From contig OZ242358.1 in assembly GCA_965208835.1 (NCBI GenBank), forward strand, positions 608,001-672,000: a DNA stretch of 64,000 bases, read 5' to 3'. This document shows, one piece after another, positions 9,816 through 18,700 of the stretch. The number at the start of each line of letters is the position of its first letter. Position 1 is the first letter of the stretch. Made by a program: the position numbers and the translations under genes. The DNA is from Candidatus Latescibacterota bacterium. Its GTDB lineage: Bacteria > Latescibacterota > UBA2968 > GCA-2709665. The notes beneath the pieces are model-generated. The model had not been told where the DNA came from. It saw nothing but the letters and a program-made list of their open reading frames with translations, and searched no databases.

Positions 9816-11924
9816 TCAGTCGCGCTTGATTATGGCCGTTCCGGCCTCGGTGAGCGTATATGCCGGGCCCTCGCCGAGCACCGTCCCCCATCTTTCGCGA
9901 CCCTGGTGCTCCAGTGCAAGCGTGATCCTGCCTCCGGGCGGGCCGCCCACGATGTAGATGCTGTCAGGACGCTGCGGAAGCAATGGTCCGTGGATCGGAC
10001 CGGGGGCTTCCTCCAAGGGAGGCGCCAGAACCAGCTGCGGCGCTCCGCCCGGGACTGCGTACCAGAAGGAGATCATCGAACCTTGCGCCCGTTGTCCCGC
10101 AACGCAGTCCGCGCCGAAAGGCAGAATCGCCCACAGGACGTCGAGCGACGTCTCGCCGGCCATCTCGAACCGGAAACGAAGGTCCACCTGATCCATCGCC
10201 TCCAGGTCTTCCGGCGGGATGTCGTAGCCGGACAGGTACTCTCTCCAATAGGGGTCGACCGGTTGCGGAACCCGTTCGAATGTCGCTGCCCGCGACGACG
10301 CCTGAAAGAGCCGGCAGGCCTGCTCTGGTGGCGTCTGCAGCCGGAGCGATCCGTCCGCGTGGATCCGGGTTTCGACTTCGTGTCCGACGTGGAAGTGGGC
10401 TTCCACCGGGCGGGTCTCAGGGCCGGAGAAGCGGACGCGATCCAGCACGAATACGACGTGGCGGTCCCTTGCGTGCAATACGGTCCGCTCGAAGGCGGAC
10501 AGGCCGGACACTTCCCGGTACGCGCGCTCCGCCCGGCAACGCGCGGCCGAATACACGTCGTTCTCGCCCCGATACACACCCGTAATCTCGCCACCGGTGT
10601 CGGGTTCGACCGACTGTCCCCGGCCGTCGAAGGTGAGCGTATTCTTGAGCGCGGTGTCGAACCTGAAATATCCTGACGGCCGGAAGAAATAGTGACCGTT
10701 TACAAAGTACGTAAACGCCGCGCGGTCTTTGTAATGGGCGTGCTTGTTCTGTGTAATGGTCTGTATGGGAAGCCCCGAATCCAGCCCCGCCTGCGCCAGA
10801 GGTCCGCCGGGAACGGTACACTCGAAGCTGAGTACGGATGCGCCCTCGTCAAACCCCGTGCGGGAGAAAAACTGGCCCATCGACGGGAAAGCGGCGGCGG
10901 CCGCCAATCCGTCCGGAGGTTCCGCTTCAACGCCGGGATCGTACCACAGGAAGCTCCAGCCGTAATCGTGATAATCCTTCAGGAACGAGCGGGCGGATTC
11001 CCGTTCCGCCTGCCACTGCGCCAGGCCGTCGTTGAACTCGGCCGCGAGTTTGTACAGTTGAAAAGCCACAACCCCGCCGGTCTCCCCGTGGTACCGGCCG
11101 CTGGGTGTCGAATCGTCAAGAAATACGTAGCTTCCGTCGGGAAGCAGGTGGTACGCGCGCCAGCACGCCAGCGCCCTCAGCCAGGGAATATCAAACGCAC
11201 TCTCCCCGAAGACCCGCTTCCTGCCCTCCAGGTAGAACAGCATCGGTCCCAGCGCGTAATTCAGAGGGGCCACGCCCTCGTTCCATGCCCCGTCTTCTCC
11301 CTGGATGGAGATGATTCGCTCAACCTCCCGTTCCACCGTGGATAACCAGGCCTCGGCTTCGGGCGCGTACGGTAACAGGGCCAGACAGCCGACGCCGGCG
11401 CCGAAGACCGGCACCCAGCAGTCGTGGTAATGGTATCGCCGGCTCCAGCCGGCCTTGCCGGTATCCATGTGCCGGACCATGCGTCCGGTCTCGACCCGCA
11501 ATACCTCGACCGCGCGCTGTACCAGCGGTTCCGGCAGGACCCGCCCGAACAGGTCCACGCCATAGGCAAGCGCCATGACGTGAAAGGCCACCAGGTAGGA
11601 CGCCCTGACCTGTTCGTCGCGTGCGCTTTCGACCTCGACCCATCGCGCCAGCCAGCGTTCGGCCAGTCCGCTCCACCTCCCGTCTCCGGTAACGTGCCAG
11701 GCGATGCCGCAGTTCACCACCAGAGAAAAACAGATCTCGAGGAGATCGCTGTACGCGGGCTCCTCCAGGTCCCAGAGCGTTTCCGGCGGATCGACAGGCA
11801 ACCGGCCGTTCAGGTCTTCGGCCATTGCCCTGAAGAACCGCTCGTGCGTCGAAGCGCTGCGATTGCGCAGTTCATCCAGTTCGCGGTCAGACAGAATCAA
11901 CCGCGGCGCCTCGGGATCGACCAT
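9816..11924 (-). CDS. Heparinase II/III-like polysaccharide lyase (alpha/alpha toroid plus beta-sandwich), no signal peptide
   Basis: PRLIL N-terminus, DGAWNEGVAPLNY, FFSRTGF, HAHYKD and NTLTFDGRGQ. Start placed at ATG 11924; the ORF-track extension to 12104 looks non-coding. Confidence 0.75.
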   Translation of the reverse strand: MVDPEAPRLILSDRELDELRNRSASTHERFFRAMAEDLNGRLPVDPPETLWDLEEPAYSDLLEICFSLVVNCGIAWHVTGDGRWSGLAERWLARWVEVESARDEQVRASYLVAFHVMALAYGVDLFGRVLPEPLVQRAVEVLRVETGRMVRHMDTGKAGWSRRYHYHDCWVPVFGAGVGCLALLPYAPEAEAWLSTVEREVERIISIQGEDGAWNEGVAPLNYALGPMLFYLEGRKRVFGESAFDIPWLRALACWRAYHLLPDGSYVFLDDSTPSGRYHGETGGVVAFQLYKLAAEFNDGLAQWQAERESARSFLKDYHDYGWSFLWYDPGVEAEPPDGLAAAAAFPSMGQFFSRTGFDEGASVLSFECTVPGGPLAQAGLDSGLPIQTITQNKHAHYKDRAAFTYFVNGHYFFRPSGYFRFDTALKNTLTFDGRGQSVEPDTGGEITGVYRGENDVYSAARCRAERAYREVSGLSAFERTVLHARDRHVVFVLDRVRFSGPETRPVEAHFHVGHEVETRIHADGSLRLQTPPEQACRLFQASSRAATFERVPQPVDPYWREYLSGYDIPPEDLEAMDQVDLRFRFEMAGETSLDVLWAILPFGADCVAGQRAQGSMISFWYAVPGGAPQLVLAPPLEEAPGPIHGPLLPQRPDSIYIVGGPPGGRITLALEHQGRERWGTVLGEGPAYTLTEAGTAIIKRD

Positions 11925-12166
11925 CGGAGGAATCCATTTCAGGATCAGGCATGAAATCGAACGGTCCGGCTTCGCAAAGCCCTTCAACCCAAGTCTAAAC
12001 CATACCGGGAGGGATTGCAAGCCCCTTTGACCGAGGAGCGGATGGCGGCGCCGTGGCGCCCGTCCGTGTCCGACGACCCCGCGGACGGGTTTCCACCGTT
12101 TCAACGCGCCGCGCGTTCCGAAACGCCCGTTGCACGTTCAGACGACAAGGACGCCGTTCGGAATTT

Positions 12167-12216
12167 CATCAAAAAATCATCGATCTCCATCAAAAAATCA
12201 GCATATATTCGAATTT
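12167..12216. promoter_or_regulatory. 13-bp direct repeat (21-bp spacing) and a palindromic site; putative regulator binding sites
   Basis: CATCAAAAAATCA at 12167-12179 and 12188-12200; ATATTCGAATTT at 12205-12216. Confidence 0.45.
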
Positions 12217-12293
12217 ATACTCGGCTTGGCGATGCTCCGGACTGTATATTTCTAGAATTTCAAAATTAAATCTGAAAAACTGTGATTTTCCAC

Positions 12294-12321
12294 TTGACAT
12301 TCGAATATCAGTAGTTAGATT
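12294..12321 (+). promoter_or_regulatory. Putative sigma70 promoter for the leader/Fn3 transcript
   Basis: Perfect TTGACA at 12294-12299, 16-nt spacer, TAGATT at 12316-12321, with AT-rich sequence upstream. Confidence 0.55.
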
Positions 12322-12427
12322 GGCCAATGGAAGGGACTTTTGTCGGATATTTTATCGTTGATTTCCTTAGCGCTTGATGTATGAGTTGTCCCTGACAATT
12401 CAGTTGATATGTCAATTTGGAGGTAGT

Positions 12428-12556
12428 ATGGCGGTCAAGTTGCATTCGACTCACCTGAACACCCGCCAATCTACCGGAGTCTATGCCGGCGAGAATCACT
12501 TTAAGTACAATAAAAACAATTTCTTAATTACCCCCCCCCCCCCCCCTGAAATTTAA
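12428..12556 (+). CDS. Putative 42-aa leader peptide (MAVKLH...LITPPPPPEI) containing a C16 tract
   Basis: GGAGGT at 12419-12424 before ATG 12428 (short spacing). Lies between the promoter and two terminators. Confidence 0.6.
   Translation: MAVKLHSTHLNTRQSTGVYAGENHFKYNKNNFLITPPPPPEI
12531..12546 (+). repeat. C16 homopolymer (simple sequence repeat)
   Basis: ...TTAATTA-C16-TGAAATT...; I saw no other homopolymer of comparable length in the window. Confidence 0.95.
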
Positions 12557-12602
12557 GGAAGACCGTAAGGGAACCAGCAAGAGAGATTACCATCGGACCG
12601 GT

Positions 12603-12634
12603 GAAGCCGTCAGTTTTCACGGCTTCTTTGTTTT
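12603..12634 (+). terminator. Intrinsic terminator-like hairpin T1 in the 5' leader
   Basis: GAAGCCGT/ACGGCTTC perfect 8-bp stem followed by TTTGTTTT. Confidence 0.7.
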
Positions 12635-12649
12635 GTACGATCGAGAATT

Positions 12650-12676
12650 GCCACTCGCCTCGCGGGTGGTTTTTTT
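12650..12676 (+). terminator. Intrinsic terminator-like hairpin T2 in the 5' leader
   Basis: GCCACTCGC-CTC-GCGGGTGGT stem with two G-U pairs, ending in a T7 run (12670-12676). Confidence 0.75.
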
Positions 12677-12729
12677 ATTGCGCGCGATGGTCGACGGAAA
12701 TATGAACCAACCATATCTGGAGGTCTGCG

Positions 12730-15700
12730 ATGCGGCTTAACCTGACTGTTTATACCGGCACCCTTTTAGCAATCTTCGGCCGGTTGCGTCGTATTCCGGC
12801 GGGCCCGGGCCATCGGCGCATTTTGCTGACCGTACTCTTGCTGGCGTCCGCCGTGGCGCCGGCTCACGGCTCAAATATACCCACAAACCTCGTCGCGACG
12901 CTCGGGGCGGGCGGGGTCTCGCTGAGCTGGAGTGCGCCAACCGGTAACGCGTCGACTGTTACGGGCTACCAGGTTCTTCGCCGGCACCTCGGAACCGACG
13001 CAGCCGGTGTTTTCAATGAAATTGGAACGACGGGCGCCCGCCAGACAACGTACACGGACGCAAGCGTCGTGGGTGGAGCGTCGTACGTGTATCGGGTGAA
13101 GGCCCGTCGCGGGGACAAGCTGAGCGGCTTTTCGAACTTTACACGGATCGAGGTGCCGCCGGAGCCGTCGAAGCCGTCAGGGCTGAGGGCGGCCGCCGGT
13201 CACCAGTCAGTGACGCTGTCGTGGAATAACCCGAACAACGGCACGATTACGGGTTACGAGTATCGCTACCGGACGGGCGGTGCCTGGTCGGAATGGACGG
13301 CCATCGATCCGAGCGACTCGAAGACGACCAGCCACCGTGTGACGGGTCTGGTCAATGGGCAGTCGTATACGTTTGAAGTGCGCGCGCAGAACCCGGCGGG
13401 ACCTGGCACCTCGGCCAGCGTCTCGATGAGGCCTATAGGGTTTGCGCCGACGAATCTCACAGTCGCGATCGTCGCCGGTTCGGTGACGCTATCGTGGGGG
13501 GTGCCGGCGGCCGATGCCGAATTCGTTACCGGCTATCAGGTGCTGCGCCGGCGGCCTGAAGTCGACGGGGCCGGGGTTTTTCATGCGATAGCCACAACGG
13601 GCGGCAGCGAGACGACGTACGTGGACGGCGGCGTGGAAGGAGGAGAGAAATACGCCTATCGGGTGAAGGCGTTGCGCGGTACGGATTTGAGTCTGTGGAC
13701 GAAGCCGGTGAATATCGTTGCGCCGTCGGTTCCTTCGGCGCCGGGCAACCTGAGCGCGGCGGTGGGTGACGGGTCGGTGACGCTGTCGTGGGACGATCCT
13801 GACGACGACGAAATTACGGGGTATCAGGTCCGCTATACGACAACCGGGACGCGCCTGCCGGAGTGGAACAATGTCCCGGGCAGCGATGCAAACACGACCA
13901 GCCATACGGTGAACCGGCTGACGAACTGTACGGAGTATACGTTCGAGGTGCGGGCGAGAGCGGGGGACATCACAGGCGCATCGTCGAGCGTGACTAGGAA
14001 GCCGGGTGCGGCTCCGTCTCAGGTGACGGGCGTGTCGGTGACGGGCCGGGGCGATGGGACGGTGTCGTTGAGCTGGAACGGCCTCAACGACGCGACGGTG
14101 ACGGGATACAGGATCACGTACAGCGGTGCGACGAGCGGTACGATAGACGTAGCGGGCCGTACGACGACGACGCACGACGTGACGGGTCTGACCAATTGCA
14201 GCGAGTATACGTTCGAAGTGAGCGCAACGAACAGTTGTGGCGTGGGTCCTTCGTCGAGCAGTGTGACGGGAACGCCGGGCGTGGCGCCGTCTCAGGTGAC
14301 GGGCGTGTCGGTGACGGACACGGGAGACGGGACGGTGTCGTTGAGCTGGGATGGTTCTGCCGACGCGACGGTGACGGGATACAAGATCACGTACAGCGGT
14401 GCGACGAGCGGCACGATAGACGTAGCAGGCGGAGCGACGACCAGCCACCGCGTGACGGATCTGACCAACTGCAGCGAATATACGTTCGAAGTACTTGCGG
14501 TCAACTGCGTCGGGGGTGGTTCTCCTTCGTCGAGCGTGACTGGGACGCCGAGCGCGGCGCCGTATCGGGCAAAGCGTGTGTCGGTGACGGGCACGGGCGA
14601 CGGGACGGTGTCGTTGAGGTGGGAACTTTCTGCCGACGCGACGGTGACGGGCTATAGGATCACGTACAGCGGTGCGACGAGCGGCACGATAGACTTAGCG
14701 GGCCGCACGACGAAGTGGCATGACGTGACGGGTCTGACCAACTGCAGCGAGTATACGTTCAAGGTGCTTACGGTCAACTGCAAGGGTTATGGTGAACCGT
14801 CTGTCGGCGTGACGGGAACGCCTGGTGTGGCGCCGGCTCAGGTGACGGGCGTGTCTGTGACGGGCACGGGCGACGGGACGGTGTCGTTGAGCTGGGATGG
14901 TTCTGCCGACGCGACGGTGACGGGATACAAGATCACGTACAGCGGTGCGACGAGCGGCACGATAGACGTAGCAGGCGGAGCGACGACCAGCCACCGCGTG
15001 ACGGATCTGACCAACTGCAGCGAATATACGTTCGAAGTACTTGCGGTCAACTGCGTCGGGGGTGGTTCTCCTTCGTCGAGCGTGACTGGGACGCCGAGCG
15101 CGGCGCCGTATCGGGCAAAGCGTGTGTCGGTGACGGGCACGGGCGACGGGACGGTGTCGTTGAGGTGGGAACTTTCTGCCGACGCGACGGTGACGGGCTA
15201 TAGGATCACGTACAGCGGTGCGACGAGCGGCACGATAGACTTAGCGGGCCGCACGACGAAGTGGCATGACGTGACGGGTCTGACCAACTGCAGCGAGTAT
15301 ACGTTCAAGGTGCTTACGGTCAACTGCAAGGGTTATGGTGAACCGTCTGTCGGCGTGACGGGAACGCCTGGTGTGGCGCCGGCTCAGGTGACGGGCGTGT
15401 CTGTGACGGGCACGGGCGACGGGACGGTGTCGTTGAGCTGGGACAGTTCTGACGACGCGATGGTGACGGGATATGAGATCACGTACAGCGGTGCGACGAG
15501 CGGCACGATAGACGTAGCGGGCCGCACGACGACGACGCAGGACGTGACGGGTCTGACCAATTGCAGCGAGTATACGTTCGAAGTGAGCGCGAGGAACAGC
15601 TGTGACGCGGGTCCTTCGTCGAGCAGTGTGACGGGAACGCCGGGCGTGGCGCCGTCTCAGGTGACGGGCGTGTCGGTGACGGGTACGGGCGACGGCACGG

Positions 15701-18700
15701 TGACGTTAAGCTGGGACAGTTCTGACGACGCGTCCGTCACGGGATATCAGATCTTGTATAGCGGCGCCACGAGCGACACGATAGACGTCGGTTCTGACGC
15801 GACGAGTCATGCGGTGGCAGGATTGACCAACTGTGAGGATTATACGTTCGAGGTGCTTGCGATCAACTGCAAGGCGGATGGCGCACCTTCGTCGAGCGTG
15901 ACGGGTACTCCGGGCGCGGCGCCGGCTCAGGTGACCGGCGTGACGGTGACGGGTACGGCCGACGGGACGGTGTCGTTGAGCTGGGACAGTTCTGACGACG
16001 CGACGGTGACGGGGTATAAGATCTCATACAGCGGTGCGGCGAGCGGCACGATCGTTGTAGCGGGCGGCGCGACGACGACGCAGGACGTGACGGGCCTGAC
16101 CAACTGTGAGGAATATACGTTCGAGGTGCTTGCGGTCAACTGCATGGGTGATGGCGCTGCTTCGTCGAGCGTGACGGCGCGTTTGGGCAATGCGCCGGGT
16201 GCGGTGACGGGTTTGAGCGGGTCAGAAGGGGACGACGGGGAGGTGACGTTGTCGTGGACGAATCCGAGTGGTGCGACGAAGAATGAGATCCGCTATGCGC
16301 CCAAGGGCACGACCCTGCCGACGACGTGGACGGAAATCGACGCTGCGACGAGCTACGAGGTAACGGGTCTGACGAACTGCACGGAGTATACGTTCGAGGT
16401 GCGCGCGAAGAACGGATGCGGTAACGGCGGTGCGGCCAGCGATGACGCGAGGCCGGGAAGCGCGCCGGGTGCGGTGACGGGTCTGAGCGGTTCGGAAGGG
16501 GACGACGGGCAGGTGACATTGTCGTGGACGAATCCGAGTGGTGCGACGAAGAATGAGATCCGCTATGCGCCCAAGGGCACGACCCTGCCGACGACGTGGA
16601 CGGAAATCGACGCTGCGACGAGCTACGAGGTAACGGGTCTGACGAACTGCACGGAGTATACGTTCGAGGTGCGCGCGAAGAACGGATGCGGTAACGGCGG
16701 TGCGGCCAGCGATGACGCGAGGCCGGGAAGCGCGCCGGGTGCGGTGACGGGTCTGAGCGGTTCGGAAGGGGACGACGGGCAGGTGACATTGTCGTGGACG
16801 AATCCGAGCGGAACGATCACGAACAACCAGATCCGTTATGCGAAAGCGGGTACTTCGTTGCCGTCGACGTGGACGAGTATAGGCGTCAAGACGAGCCACA
16901 CGGTGGAGGATCTGGACAACTGTGATGAATATACATTCGAGGTGCGTGCGGTCAACTGTGACGGGAATGGCGGCGCGGACAGCGGTGACGCCACGCCGTC
17001 AAGCGGATCAGCGCCGGGTTCTGTGACGGGCCTGGAAGCGACGAAGGGCAACGGGCAGGTGACATTATCGTGGACGAATCCGAGCGGAACGATCACGAAC
17101 AACCAGATCCGTTATGCGAAAGCGGGTACTTCGTTGCCGTCGACGTGGACGAGTATAGGCGTCAAGACGAGCCACACGGTGGAGGATCTGGACAACTGTG
17201 ATGAATATACATTCGAGGTGCGCGCGGTCAACTGTGACGGGAATGGCGGCGCGGACAGCGGTGACGCCACGCCGTCAAGCGGATCAGCGCCGGGTTCTGT
17301 GACGGATCTGGAAGCGACGAAGGGCAACGGGCAGGTGACATTGTCGTGGGCGAATCCGAGCGGTACGATCACGAACAACCAGATCCGTTATGCGAAAGCG
17401 GGTACTTCGTTGCCGTCGACGTGGACGAGTATAGGCGTCAAGACGAGCCACACGGTGGAGGATCTGGACAACTGTGATGAATATACATTCGAGGTGCGCG
17501 CGGTCAACTGTGACGGGAATGGCGGCGCGGACAGCGGTGACGCCACGCCGTCAAGCGGATCAGCGCCGGGTGCGGTGACGGGTCTGAGCGGTTCGGAAGG
17601 GGACGACGGGCAGGTGACATTGTCGTGGACGAATCCGAGCGGAACGATCACGAACAATCAGATCCGTTTTGCGAAAGCGGGTACTTCGTTGCCGTCGACG
17701 TGGACGAGTATAGGCGTCAAGACGAGCCACACGGTGGAGGATCTGGACAACTGTGATGAATATACATTCGAGGTGCGTGCGGTCAACTGTGACGGGAATG
17801 GCGGCGCGGACAGCGACAAGGCGACGCCGTCGAGCGGGTCGCCGCCGGGTGCGGTAACGAACCTGACCGCAACGGCTGGTAACACTCAGGTGGAGTTGTC
17901 GTGGACGAATCCGAGCGGCACGATAACGCACGTCCATTTCCGATATGCACCCAAGGGAACGACCCGTTGGTCGTCTTGGGCTAGAACCGACGCCGCGACG
18001 AGACACACTGTAACGGGTTTGACCAATTGCACTGAGTATACGTTCGAGGTGTGTGCGGTCAACTGCGACGGGCCCGGCGCCGCGGACAGCGATGACGCGA
18101 GGCCGGGTAGTGCCCCAGGCGCGGTGACGGGACTGAGCGCGACGAAGGGCAACGGTCAGGTGGCCTTGTCGTGGACGAATCCAAGCGGTGCGACGAAGAA
18201 CGTGATCCGTTATGCACCCAAGGGGACGGACGATTGGTCGTCGACGGAATTTGACGCAGCGACGAATCGTACGGTTGGGGAGTTGGCGAACTGTACGGAG
18301 TATACGTTCGAGGTGCGCGCGAAGAACGGTTGCGGTACCGGCGGAGCGGACAGTGAGAACGCGACCCCTGTAGGTGTGCCTGGAGAGGTGGACGACCTGA
18401 AAGCGGCGAAGGGTGACGAGCAGGTGACGCTGTCGTGGAGTGCGCCGTCGGGGTCGTGCGGGATAACCGGATACGAGATTAGCGTTGGTGACAGGACGCT
18501 TACCACGACGGGTACGAGTATTACGGTGGATGAGCTGACGAACTGCACCGAGTATACGTTTTCGGTGCTTGCAAAGACGATGATTTCAAGCGGCGCATCG
18601 AAAAGCGTGACGCAGACGCCTGTACCCGTGCCAGGACAGGTAACGAATCTTAGCAAGGCAGAGAATGACGGCAAAGTAACACTTTCGTGGGGCGCGCCGT

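Noticed and set aside
11925-12104. N-terminal extensions in the ORF track (also from 20291, 22378, 29378 and 40350)
   Set aside because: Downstream starts fit domain boundaries better and mostly have better SDs or signal peptides. The extensions cross intergenic or overlapping sequence.
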